Origin: Glaucostegus cemiculus
Lineage: Eukaryota
DNA: 64,000 bases
Assembly: GCA_976551045.1 (NCBI GenBank)
Contig: CDPCPM010000015.1
Location: 11,036,001 to 11,100,000 of the forward strand
Reading direction: 5' to 3'
Shown: in pieces, positions 37,921-50,790 of the stretch
Numbering within the stretch: position 1 is the stretch's first letter
Layout of the letters: every line of letters begins with the position of its first letter
The notes under the pieces: generated by a model
The model's database searches: none
What the model saw: the letters and a program-made list of their open reading frames with translations, nothing else
What the model was told of the DNA's origin: nothing
Program-made: the position numbers and the translations under genes

Positions 37921-38429
37921 AGTCTCAAATATAATAATGAGGCTGTTTATCTGCACCGGTTAACACTTGATCCCTTCAGAGAGTGGAACAAATGATGTTT
38001 TCACATCCCCATTTCTGCCAATTACTGGTGTTGATTAAGACCAAACCACAGGAAAAATACTGACTTGGAGCTTTTGAAATTCTGCTGCCAGTAATTTGTT
38101 TTTAATTCTTTCACAGGATGTAGACATTGCTGGCAAGGCCATATTTATAATCCATGCCTAATTCCCTTGCTCACAATTTCAGAGGGTATTCAAGTGTCAA
38201 CCACTTGCTGTGGGTCCAGAGTCACATGCAGGTCAGACCAACCGGGGCACCAGCTTTCCTCTGCTGAAGGACGTTGGTGAAGCAGATGGTAGGTTCATGG
38301 TCATTGTGAGTGAGGACGAGCTTTCTAAACCCCAAAGGTATTTACCTGAATTTAAATTCACCGTCTGACCTTGGTGGGATTCAAACTCGTGTCCATGGAT
38401 CCGTAGTCCAGGTCTTTGGTAGCTTTCTT

Positions 38430-38997
38430 AAACCACACAGAAGGAGGCCATTCAGCTCACTAGGTTCATGCCAGCTCACAGGAGAGCAATTCCATCATCC
38501 TATCTATCCTCTCCTTATTTCTTGTGCCCCTGCATCTTATTCCCTCACACCCCAGAGGGCGATCCGAATATGGAACGAGCTGCCAGAGGAAGTGGTTAAG
38601 GAAGGTACATTAACAACATTTAAAAGGCACTTGGACAAGTACATGGATAGGAAAAGTTCAGAGGGGTATGGGTCAATCAGGTGAATGGGACTAACTTAGA
38701 TGAGAATCTTGGTCGGTATGGACCTGTTGGGCTGAAGGGCCAGTGTCCCTGCTGTATGACTCCATGACTCTATGACGTACCCATCAAATCCCCTTTCATT
38801 CCTTTTGCCATTTACCTACACCAAAGATTAATTAACAGTAACTGATTGACCTATCAGCACAGCTTTGGAATGTGAGAGGAAACCGGAGCACCCGGAGGAA
38901 ACCCACACAGTCACAGGGAGAGCGTGCAAACTCCACACAAACGGCATCTGAGGTCAGGATCAAATCTTAGTCCTTGGCGCTGTGAAGCAGCAGTGCT
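38430..38997 (-). mobile_element. HE1-like V-SINE interrupted by a CR1 3' fragment (+, ~38550-38775)
   Basis: V-domain gtgggtttcctccgggtgctccggtttcctc on the minus strand; tail gctgaatggcctccttctgtg; internal CR1 ggaacgagctgccagagg. Confidence 0.8.
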
Positions 38998-40152
38998 TCA
39001 TTAACCATTCCTTATCCATACCCAATGGTTCACATCAAGTAACCTTACATCAAGTACAGATATTGAGTGTTGAGGATGCCAGACTTCAGAAATAAATAAA
39101 ATGTAATTAGCGTCATGATAGTTTGTTAGCAGTGATTATAGCTCTGCATGTGAGAAGTTGCAGAGATGCAGGATGGAGCTTCATGCTGGTGATTCCCCAC
39201 GTCAGACAAAGTGAGATCCATAGGGGCATTCATTCACAAAAGAAAGTAATATCCCTCCATTGACTAATCATTCTGAGCAATATTAGATTTACAAATGGCT
39301 TCAGTACAACTGATGGGAATTTGCTATACAGTCATTGCAAGTATAAATGGATGAATTAATTCCTGGTTGTGCCAACTGTATTCCCAGTATAACAAGTCCA
39401 GCTGCACAATGATATCTTGGTGTATGCAGCTTGCTGAATTGTGACAAAAACTGTCCAACTTCAGAAGTCTGACTGCAACCTAGAATCAAGCAGATTCAAA
39501 ACTAAGGTGGAATTAGCTGGTGGAGACGTGCTCAGGTACATTGAGTGTATCCAAAGTGAGAACATTGTTTATTTTTATTAATGATTAATGTGAACGCAAT
39601 GGACATTTGCAGCTGATATAATGTTATGATCTGTAGTGGAAACTATTTTCCAACATATGGCAGGTTTTCAGCCAATCACATTGTGTGTCTTTCCCCAATT
39701 TATATTGTTGCGTTTACACAGAGAAGGTACTTGGTTCTCCAGGCACCCTGGATATCTAAAAATGTTTGAGATACATAAATGATTGGGGTTTTGTAACACT
39801 AACATCTGGTATTGCATAAAAACAGAATAATTTTGGAAACAAGAAAATCAAAAACATGCTGGGAGCATATAAGAAACAATAGTTAGTGCCAGATGCATTT
39901 AGGAAACTTTGTCAAGGTTAACACCAGCTTTCATTTTGAAAATAAGTAGAATACCAGTGCTCAGTGATGCCATTATATACAGACGTTTTAACACTGAATG
40001 ACAAATGCACTTAGTGATGCCACTGCATTGTGTCAAAGAATGGCAAAATGCAATTGAACATTGCCAGCTTAGTGTGTCATGACATTGGATGAAAGAGACC
40101 AGGCTGAACAATTCCATACGGCTAATTCCAATCTCACAGGGGGCTACTGAGA

Positions 40153-41276
40153 AAGTATTTCTTAAGGTGTAACACCTCCTGTGCACTAGTTGAACTCAGA
40201 AAGGGATGGTAGTTGTGCACGAGCAAGGAAAAGAACAAATCAGTGATACACACCTGGTCTGGGCTTCAGGAGAATGTTGTCAGAAGTCTTAGATATAACT
40301 TGGCCTTAGTTTTAACATGAACAGAGAGAAATAGGTAAAGAGATTTTAAAGTGCAGTTTTAAAAGAATGAACTTTCATTCACACTTGACCACTGGCCTGA
40401 GAAGAATGTGGTAAATAAACTTGAGCAAATGAACAAACGGGTAGAGTTGGGAATGTAGGAAATGCTTCTGTAACTAGCAGCGCAGTGGGAACATGGCGAA
40501 TGAGTGTGGCCATTTTAGAGAAGCAACTGGTGGCTTGCTTGAAGCATTAAAACTGAAACAAAGGAACAGAGGGATAGACAGCCAAGTAGGGACATTTTCA
40601 TTGATCTTCGACACAAATCAAAGTAGCTTCTGCTCAGAATTACATAAAAATGAAGTTAGACCACGAACAAGTGCTGTGAAGGTAAAGTGAAGAGTTATTT
40701 ATTATGTAATGTATTTGTTATTGTTTTATATATAGTATAGTTATATNNNNNNNNNNNNNNNNNNNNNNNNNNNNNNNNNNNNNNNNNNNNNNNNNNNNNN
40801 NNNNNNNNNNNNNNNNNNNNNNNNNNNNNNNNNNNNNNNNNNNNNNNNNNNNNNNNNNNNNNNNNNNNNNNNNNNNNNNTGGGAATTGTGCTGCTCAGCT
40901 GGGTGTGAGGTTACTAGTGGCCTGACAGGCAGAGGAATTCAACTTACTAAAAAAATGCACACACCAATTTGGTGCTATTTAATAATATGTTTGTAATTGA
41001 TATCCTTAACATGAATCAGTGGGTGCAAACGATGGTGTGTTTGATTACTGGTTGCAAGAACAATTTGTATGATACTGCTGGACTTTGATGTTGAGCACAG
41101 AGGCCGTACACAGCTGGTGTATTGAATCTGCCATTGGTGAAGGCAGTGCAGATGTGGTTTCAGGCACTTTGTGAAACATGACATTTATTCCACTGTTAGT
41201 CTAACTTAGTTTACACCTGTCAATCCTTTTACGGCTGACTTGTATAAGAAAAGGTGTTACACCTTAAGAAATACTT
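40153..41276. mobile_element. Putative non-autonomous DNA transposon with 25-bp perfect inverted repeats and a decayed THAP-like frame
   Basis: aagtatttcttaaggtgtaacacct (40153-40177) / aggtgttacaccttaagaaatactt (41252-41276); THAP-like frame 41032-41181. Confidence 0.55.
40747..40879. other. Assembly gap (N run)
   Basis: N characters. Confidence 1.
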
Positions 41277-41639
41277 CCAACCCCTTAAGAAATTTGGCTA
41301 CGACCCAAAAAATGAAATCTGTAAATGATGCGTAATTATTGTATTTTTTAAAAAATGAAGGAAATAAATATATAATTTTGACTTGTTTATTCCTGCAAAT
41401 CAGGAAAAATATTTGTATCATTTGCTGTGTTCTTAATTAACAATGTACTATAATAACATACTACAGCATTATCAATGTCTTTAACATAAGAATTCAGTCT
41501 GTTGAATGATTTAAAAATTAATCATGATCATTAGTCCAATTATAAAATCTGTGAATTAATTGCAGTTTTGATGGCATTGTAAAACCAAATTGGAGTAGCA
41601 ATATTTTTGAAGAGTGCAGAAGAAAAATGTTTTGCCTTT

Positions 41640-42080
41640 GGTGGGGACGAGTCTGAGAAGGTGGAGAGAGAAGGTGAGGAGAGGCAGACAGAGAAGAATT
41701 GGGGTAGAGGATGAATATTGGTAGGAAGAGGGGGAGCAGGAGCAGGGGAGGAGGAATAGGAGGTAGGGAGAGGGTTGAGGGAAGGAGAGTCAGAAATGTG
41801 TGTAGGGCTCATGAGAGGGGTTGTGGTGGGAGAAGGGGATTGGAGTGGGGGATAGAGGGTAGTGGAAGGGGGAACGGGAGAAGACTTGAGTAGTGAGAAG
41901 GGATAGAGTTGGTTGGATGTGGGGGTGAAGAGAGGGAAGGGGAATAATGGGATTGGGAGAAGGGAGTGGCAGGAAATGGGAATGGAGGTATAAAGGAGGG
42001 GAATGTGGTATACAGAGATGAAGAGTGAGGATTTATGACTGGCCGAAAGAAGTGGGTGGGGGTATAGAGGGGGAGAGGAA
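41640..42080. repeat. Purine-rich (G/A) low-complexity tract
   Basis: Strongly G/A-biased sequence; (CTCTGT)n follows at ~42241-42282. Confidence 0.9.
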
Positions 42081-42857
42081 CCACTTATGGTGGGGGAGTT
42101 CTGCCCCAAGGGCCCAGGGGTGCACAGGGAATCCAACCAAGACCCAGCTTTTGATGGCTGACAGAGACTCAATGAATTGCATGACTCTGTGACTCAGCCA
42201 CACACAGACACTGAATCTGGGGGAGGGTTGGCCCTTACACCTCTCTGTCTCTGTCTCTGTCTCTCTCTGTCTCTCTCTCTCTCCTTCCCAATTCCCCCTG
42301 TCCCTCCACTCACTTTCTGTCCGCTCTTCCAGCTGGAATTGGAGTTGACATCCACTACCTCCAGCCCTGGACGTCCAAAAATCAGGCTCAGATAAGTTCA
42401 ACCATTACTTCCAAGCCATAGTTCAGTGCAGGTGGTGGGCCCTGCCAGTGAGAATCTGGGCTACACACCAGAATTATACCTCATTTCATTTTTTCCAACA
42501 GCTATACTGTAACATTTAAGAAACACTTATGAAATATGGGAAATTGGTATATTAGTACACTTTTAATAGATTCCTTGGTGCCTGAACTTTAGCACTAATT
42601 TCTAGCCCAGTCTCCATTGAGCCCCAAAATCTTTAGATCTCTGCCATGCTAGAGCACTAATGGCTCTCTTGCCTAGATGATTCAACACACTTTAAGTGCA
42701 GGAATTGCTCCTCATTTCAGTCCTAAATTGCCGACTCCTTAATTTACATCTGCATTCCCTTTTCTGAGATTTCCCTCCCTATCATTTACAATATACTGCA
42801 CCAGCTTTTACGATTCCAGTCCCAGTAACCTTGCCTATGTCTTTACATATCCTCAGC

Positions 42858-44036
42858 AACTACAGCTCTGCCTTCAATATAATTATCCCAAGCAAACTTG
42901 TCACCAAACTCCGAGACCCTGGACTCAACACCTCCCTCTGTAAATGGATCCTTGACTTCCTAACAAACAGACCGCAATCAGTGAGAATAGGCAGCAATAC
43001 CTCCGGCATTATTATTCTCAACACTGGTGCCCCACAAGGCTGTGTCCTCAGCCCTCTACTCTACTCTCTATACACTCATGACTGTATGGCCAGATTCTGC
43101 TCTAACTCCATCTACAAGTTTGCAGATGATACCACCGTTGTAGGCCGTATCTCAAACAGCGATGAGTTGGAGTACAGGAAGGAGATAGAGAGCTCAGTGG
43201 AATGGTGTCATGACAATAACCTTTTCCTCAATGTCAACAAAACAAAAGAGCTGGTCATTGACTTCAGGAAAGGGGGTGGTGTACATGCACCTGTCTACCT
43301 CAATTGTGCTGAGATCAAGAGGGTTGTGAGCTTCAAGTTCCTTGGAGTGAACATCACCAACAGCCTGTCCTGGTCAAATCATGTAGATGCCATGGACAAG
43401 AAAGCTCATCAGCACCTCTACTTCCTCAGGAGGCTAAAGAAATTAGGTTTGTCCCCTTTGACTCTCACGAACTTTTATCAATGCACCACAGAAAGCATCC
43501 TATCTGGATGCTCCATGGCTTAGTACAGTAACTGTTCTGCCCAGGACTGCAAGAAACCACAGAGAGTTGTGGACACGGCCCAGCATGTCATGGAAACCAG
43601 CCTCCCCTCCTTGGACTCTGTCTTTATCTTTTGCTACCTCGGTGAAGCAGCCAGCATAATCAAAGACCCATCTGGGTCATTCTCTCTTCTCTCCTCTTCC
43701 ATCGGGTAGAAGATACAGGAGCCTGAGGGCACGTATCACCAGACTTAAGGGCAGCTTCTACCACCCACTGTGATAAGATTATTGAACGATTCCCTTATAG
43801 GATGAGATGAACTATGACCTCACAAACTACCTTGTTGTGACCTTGTACCTTATTGCAATGCACTTTCTCTGTAGCTGTGTACTGTTATTGTTTTTACCTG
43901 TACTACATCAATGCACTCTGTACTAACTCAAAGTAACTGCACTGTGTAATGAATTGACCAGTATGATCAATATGCAAGACAAGTTTTTCACTGTACCTCG
44001 GTACAAGCGACAATAATAAACCAATACCAATACCAA
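42858..44036 (+). mobile_element. 5'-truncated Rex1/Babar LINE with reverse-transcriptase domain
   Basis: [41 protein letters not shown]; premature TAG at 43521-43523; (CCAATA)n tail. Confidence 0.95.
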
Positions 44037-44579
44037 CACTCTCCATGTTTCCTTTGCTACTCACGTTCTTTGACTCCCCCGTTCCAATCTTCTCCACCTT
44101 TTTAATCCTGTCCTGCCTCCTTCCTCTTCTCTCCCAGTGAAATGTCTGCCTTCTTGCCATTCCTATTACAATATCCAATAAGTTTTCTCTGCTCTTTACA
44201 TGGGATTACTTCCTAGAGGTCAATTTTAAAAATCTCTTCTTATCAATTGCCTCCTATGTTAAAAAAACCCCAAAATAATCCAATATTTTAACAGCAAATA
44301 TTATTACATAGAACATAGAACAGTACAGCACAGTACAGAATAGGAAGTATAATATCCTGCTTTTATCCTGAATTGTACTGAGTCTTGCACTGGAGTATTA
44401 CATCATGTAACAGGCTTCTGCTATGTGAATGGAGGGAAGTCTATCAGGGTCAATGTTCTTTTTCAACTTCAACAGAAAAGTGGGATTTTGTCAGGACCAG
44501 TGACTTTGCTGCATCACATGTGCTCAGCAACTTATAACATGGAATGAAAGCCTGGATTCTCTGATGGATGGACTTTTCA

Positions 44580-45276
44580 TGTACACAGGGATCTTGGGGT
44601 GCATGTCCATAGCTCTCTGAAAGCAGCAACACAAGTGAATAGGATAGTAAAGAAAGCATATGGCATACTTGCCTTTATCAGTTGGACCACTGAGTATAAA
44701 AGTTGGAGAGATATGTTGCAGCTGTATAAACCTTCTGTTAGGCCACATTTGGAGTATTGTGTGCAGTTCTGGTCACCACACAATGAGAAGGATGTGGAGG
44801 CTTGCAGGGGGTGCAGAAGAGGTTGACCAGAGTGTGACTGGATTGAAGTATATTAGTTATAAGGAGAGGTTGCACAAAATGGATTGTATTCTATGGAGCA
44901 TCAGAGACTGAGGGGCAACCTGATGGAAGTATATAATGTTATGAAAGACATAGATGGGGTAGGTAGAGTCCTTTTCCCAGTGTGGAAATGTCAAATACTA
45001 GAGGGGATAGCTTTAAGATGAGGGGGTGGGGGAATATTTAAAGGAAATGTGTGAGGTAAGTTTTGTTATACAGAGAGTGGTGGGTGCCTGGAATACACTG
45101 CCGGGGGGGGTGGTGGAAGCAGATACCATAAAAATATTTAAGAGGCATTTAGACACATGAACAGGCAAGGAATAAAAGGATACAGACCTTGTGCAGGCAG
45201 GTGGGATTAGCCACGTGGTCGGCACAGGCATGGTGGGCCGAAGGGCCTGTTCCCGTGCTGTACTGTTCAATGTTCT
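44580..45276 (+). mobile_element. CR1 3' fragment
   Basis: KKAYGILAFI..LYKPSVRPHLEYCVQFWSPH; tail gggccgaagggcctgttcc. Confidence 0.92.
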
Positions 45277-45307
45277 AGATTCAGGAGAGATTGAAATGGA
45301 TCCCTTC

Positions 45308-47347
45308 CAATTCAGTGGTTTTTCTGGTTATAGACTAAATCTTAATAAGAGTGAACTTTTTCCACTGAATATGAAAACCTCAATTTATAGCCAGTTACCC
45401 TTTAGATTGGTAACTGATTATTTTATGTATTTAGGTGTTAAAATTACTAATAAACATAAGGATTTATTTAAAGCTAATTTTTTACCCTTATTCGACCAAG
45501 TTAAACAATTGCTTACTAAATGGTCTCCAATGTCTTTATCATTGATAGGCCGAATTAATGCAATTAAGATGAAGATCTTACCAAAATTTTTATAGTTATT
45601 TCAAGCGATTCCAATTTTTATCCCAAAGTCTTTTTTTTTGACAAAGTTGATTCTAAAATTCTTTCATATATTTGGCAGAACAAGAATCCAAGACTAAGTA
45701 AGAAATATTTACAAAAATTGAAAAAGGATGGTGGTATGGCCTTGCCTAATTTTAGATTATATTATTGGGCAATCAACATCAGACATTTAATTTTTTGGAC
45801 ACAAGACTTAAATGTTATTCAATGCCCTAAATGGGTACACCTTGAATATCAATCAACACTTGAATTTTCGTTATTCTCTATTTTAGGAGCTTCACTCCCT
45901 TTTGCACTTACCAAATTAAGTAAATATATGACTCACCCAATCATTAAACATACTTTACGAATATGGTTTCAATTTCGTAAATTCTTTGGATTGACTAAAT
46001 TTGTTTTGTCAAGTCCTATACAATCTAATTTTTTTTCAACCATCTAGACAAGATACAGCTTTTTCCTTATGGAAAAGGAATGGAATAGTATGCTTTCGTG
46101 ATCTATTCATTGGTAACTGTTTTGCATCTTTTGAACAGCTGTCTAATAAATATAATTTACCTAGATCACATTTTTTTCGATATTTGCAGATTAGAATTTT
46201 TTTAAAAGCTACTATACCCTCCTTTCCATTTCTTTATAAAGACGAAATCATTGATAAAATTTTAGGCTTTAATCCTCATCAGAAGGGCTTGACAGCAATA
46301 ATTTATGATTTAATTATGAAAATACGGTCAGATTCACTGGACAAAATTAAAAATGATTGGGAAAGTGAACTCCAGATTTCTATATCTATAGAGACTTGGA
46401 AGAAAATTCTTCATTTAGTTAATACATCCTCAATGTGTGCCAGACACTCATTGATACAGTTTAAAGTTCTGCACAGGGCCTATATGTCCAAAGATAAGCT
46501 AGCTCGTTTTTATGATCGTATAAACCCTATATGTGACAGATGTAAATCGAACGTGGCTTCTTTGTCGCATATGTTCTGGTCTTGTCCTCATTTGGAAAAA
46601 TATTGGAAAGACATTTTTAATATTATTTCAGGTGTATTGAAGATCGATTTACAACCTCACCCTATTACTGCAATTTTTGGATTACCATGGATAAAGTCTG
46701 GCCATTTACCTGCTTCTGCTAATCGTATGATTGCTTTTGTCACATTGATGGCCAAACGAGCCATTCTGCTTAAATGGAAGGATCCAATACCCCTTACCAC
46801 TTTTCAGTGGTTCTCTCAAACTATATCATGTCTTAATTTGGAAAAAATTAGGAGTGGTACTGTTGATTCTTCGCTTAAATTTGAAGATATTTGGAGTCCA
46901 TTTATTCAATAATTTCATATGATGTAGTTTCCCCTTCTATAACTTTTTTTTAAATTTAGAGAAACGGAGCTGACGACATTATATTGTTCTATTTCTATTG
47001 AAAATTTTAGCCCAGTTTTTATTTTCCTTGTTTTGTTTTTTTCTTCTTCTTTTTTTTAAATTCATTTTCGGTTTAATTTACTCTATATTATTACGATTTT
47101 TTAAAATTGATTTGGGTTCTTTTTTGTTTCTCTAATTATATAACAAATCTTTTTCTTTTCTATCTTTCACATTACACTTATGAACCGAGAGATTGTTGGA
47201 ACTATTTCTTTTATATATATCATATTTTATTGCTTTTTTTTAATGATTACTTACGATTTACTTGATATTTCTATAATACATGTGTAAACATTGTTGTTAT
47301 ATATTTTAACCTGTAATGATTTGTTATCAATAAAAAAGATTGAAAAA
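45308..47347 (+). mobile_element. 5'-truncated L1-clade LINE (ORF2 C-terminal half plus T-rich 3'UTR) with 15-bp target-site duplication
   Basis: YLGV..W...SLSLIGRINAIKM, MALPNFRLYYWA and CDRC..HMFWSC zinc knuckle; AATAAA at the 3' end; TSD GAAATGGATCCCTTC at 45293-45307 and 47348-47362. Confidence 0.95.
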
Positions 47348-48204
47348 GAAATGGATCCCTTCTCCGTACTTCCCACTGAAGATGGTCCAAGATTGTTTCA
47401 TGTACTCATTGACAAGATGGATGATCATGAAGCTCCCTTTTCCCATGAGTTGTTCCACCGTCCATCAGATTCACCACTGGATGGCCCAGGACAGCAGACC
47501 TTGCCTGCTTCAATGGTTCTGGGACGGTTTAGCCAGAGGGAGAGAAATCATTCTTTGGGAGAGAAATCATTCTTTGTGTATTTTCAGAGAGTCAGTATTA
47601 CACCTTAGCCGAGAAATAATTCATCATCCGTGTAAAGTTATGTAAACACTCATTTCTACTTTTCTTTCTATTTGATTCGCCTTCCTACTTGCTTCCATTT
47701 CATGAGCCAAATGCGACCGAGATGGAAATGACTAACCCATGTTCCTCAGGTTCTATTTTAAACCGCCAGAGCGTTGCTGGGAGCTCCAGGATCATGCCTT
47801 TCAGCTCTAGAAGGTGGCAGCACTGGTATGTACTTCACCGCGACAAATATAGGAGACTTAACTGCTAAAGACAACAGTTGTAAACGGAAGTCTACAGACA
47901 GCCGCTCCACACACCGCACGATGTGCAGCGACGTGTTTCCAACATGAAACCTTTTACTTAATTAAAACCACAAAATAATCAGATATATCTGCCTTCATAA
48001 ACCATTTTGCTTTCTCTTTGCAATGTTCCTTTTGAACTTTAGGCAAAGGAGGTGGAGGGGAAAATAAAACGAGTCGTCTTAATTCCCTCACTGAGCCTTC
48101 ATTGAGAATCCAGGTAGATCAATAACATTTGATGTCGTGATTACAGTCCTGGATTCTATCTTATCACACACGTGCAGTTTAACCAGCGCCGTGCATCGGT
48201 TATG

Positions 48205-48300
48205 TGCAAGGGTCTTCGACCTGAAATGTTAGCTGGTTCTCTCCCCACAGACGCTGCCTGACCTGCTGAGTGTTTCCAACATTTTCTGTTTTTCTTTCAG
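48205..48300 (+). mobile_element. Penelope-like repeat piece
   Basis: agggtcttcgacctgaaatgtt..ccacagacgctgcctgacctgctgag. Confidence 0.65.
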
Positions 48301-48774
48301 TTTAATACTCTTCTATGCATAAAAACATTGACATGAACGCATTGCAGGTCCATAACCACTCCCGCAAGAAGAAAAATAAATAACTAGCTCAATTTAAGTT
48401 TTGAGATGGAGCAGTAAAATAGTTGTTAATGTTGCAGTAGATTAGAATTATGTGGCACTACTTCGGTTGCGAGGACACGTCGACCGGCTGAGATTTAATA
48501 TTGCTTAGTCTAAGTTCGTATAAGAGTTTGAAAGTTGGTAGAATTAAACTATTACTTGGTACATGATGGAAAGCTCATAATAAATGAGCGCAGAGGATTC
48601 GCACCCTCACTGGAAGTTGACGCGACTCCTGGCGAGGTTCCTGGTACCAGGGATCAGTTCACTGAAAGCCCGGGCAATGGTGCGCGCTCAACAGCAGCAG
48701 GGCCTCGGCGCTCTGTGCGCAACCATAGGCTGAGAGGAAGGAGTGAAATAGTCAGTATGTCTTTTATTATTTAA

Positions 48775-48930
48775 CGCATAGAGTAATACAGCACGGAAAC
48801 AGACCCTTCGGCCCATCGTGTCCATTTTAGCTAGTCCCATTTGCCCGCGTTTGACCCACATGCCTCTGAACCTTTCCATGCACCTGTGCAAATGTCTTTT
48901 ACATGTTGCTGTTGTACCTGTCTCACCCAC
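48775..48930 (-). mobile_element. CR1 3' tail
   Basis: catagagtaatacagcacggaaacagacccttcggccc. Confidence 0.85.
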
Positions 48931-50394
48931 TCTTGCCAGAGGAACCAGAATTTACTTAACAAAACCAAACTGAAGAAATAAGGTCACCCTCTCCGTGTAC
49001 TGGGATTGCAAGAGGATTATATTGTGAACTAAACTATTTAGGATGTGTTATTAAAACTCTCAGGTGCCCGTTGTCAGGATTTTGGGATGTTAACCATATT
49101 CTGAGGAATAAGTTTCCCCCACTCGGTGGGCGCCAAACACTAATGTTGGTGAATTCCGGTTATAAATTGCTTTTGCATCAAAATTGGTCAGGAATGTTTG
49201 CTTCTGCTTTCGGAATGGTAATTCCCTGCGAAATGGATTAATTCCTTTCCAATTTAGTTGACTTTAAAATTATTAACACAGGAGGCTTGTACCCCTCGGC
49301 TTCTGGCTCACCACGAATAAAGGATCTTTTGTAACAGAGATTTAAGCGGTTCTTTTCAAGAATGTGTGTTCGAGTTTAGATTTAATACTCGCGCTTTCTT
49401 CTCTTCGATGCACTGTCCCAGGTTTGTCATTCTCAATGTGTCTCCCCCACGTTTATTCCCAGTACACGGTGACAGGTCTGCAGTTGGCTGTACCAGATGT
49501 GATTTCTGTTTTATTGTTCGCCTCCAAACGAAGAATCTGATTTGGTTTAACAGAGTCCGCTTTGCGGAGAAGCCTTATCCTTTAGTACAACCACCATCAC
49601 CAATCGGAGATATCTGCCTTCATTCACCATGTTTCTTTCTCTTTGCTCCAGAATTTTTCTAACTTTAGTTAAAGGAGGTGGAGATGGGAAATAAAACGAG
49701 TTGTCTTAATTCGCCGTATATTTGGAGTCTTCATTGAAAGTCCATGCTCCTGGGGCATCAATAACTTTTGATGTGAATGTCGGCGTTGTCTTCTCTATCA
49801 GTTCTCTTGGGTTCTCTATGTCCATAATTGCGCAGTTTACTGACCTTTTCTAACCTTTCAATGAGCGTGTGCGCAGGTTGGAAATCCTACACATTCGTTC
49901 AAGTCCCATGAAGAGGAACCCAACGTTTACGGAATTTGTACACGCACCTGTTGGTGCAGCCTCCAGTAGCCCACTCCGAGACCTCAATTTACTGTAATCG
50001 ACAATGTAAAGTGTAACTGTGTTCACACAGGGGAGCGGACACAGTGTAGCTAATTATTTATTAGTCTGAGGACGTTGCGCTAAACATTTCTTCACTTTTC
50101 TTAAATGATTGCAAATGTTGACAAAATGCGTAACGTTTCAAAAGAACAGGGTTGCTAAATGTGTTGTTTGTCTTGGTAAATTTGAGCTTGCCTATTTGTG
50201 GTTTATTTTACTGGAAATATTTGATGCTCGTTATGGAATTATGAGTTTTCCCATCCTACAGAGCGGACTCGTCCTCCCTTTCCCCGCTCCAGCCTTCTTT
50301 GCCACCCTGCCTTCACCACGGGGGGGGGGGGGGGGCAAGGCTGTTGTGTGCAGCCCCGCTAGAAAACTTGAGCTGTGGACAACGCCCCGATCGG

Positions 50395-50790
50395 CCCATT
50401 AACCCCTCTGCAAGTAACCCCTTCCCACTGAAACCAGCACCCCGCCAATACCCCTTCCCCATCCAGTAACCCCCTTCTCCCTCCCACCTCCTTCCACTTA
50501 CCCCTCCCTCACTAATACCCCTCACTAACCCTCTCTCACCACTCCTGACACTATTAATCCCCCTCTCCTACCAACCCCACCCCATTAACCTTCCCTCTCC
50601 CACTAACCCCAGTCCCCTCCCCACTAACTCCCCCTTCCCCACTAATTCCCATCCCCCACTAACACCCCTCCCCACTAATCCTTCTCCCTATTCATCCCCT
50701 CGCCTTCTTCCCAACCCCTACCATCTCCCACTAACTTCCTCCCCTCTCCAGACCCCGTCCCCTCCTCACGCCCCCTCCCTCACCACTACC
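50395..50790. repeat. C-rich degenerate repeat (CCACTAACCC-like units)
   Basis: Recurrent (c)cactaa(c/t)cc units in a C-rich tract. Confidence 0.85.

Noticed and set aside
41540-42172. 210-aa Pro/Ser-rich ORF
   Set aside because: Translation of a purine-rich low-complexity tract.
46001-46912. 303-aa ORF as a host gene
   Set aside because: It is L1 ORF2 C-terminus within a TSD-flanked, frameshifted insertion.
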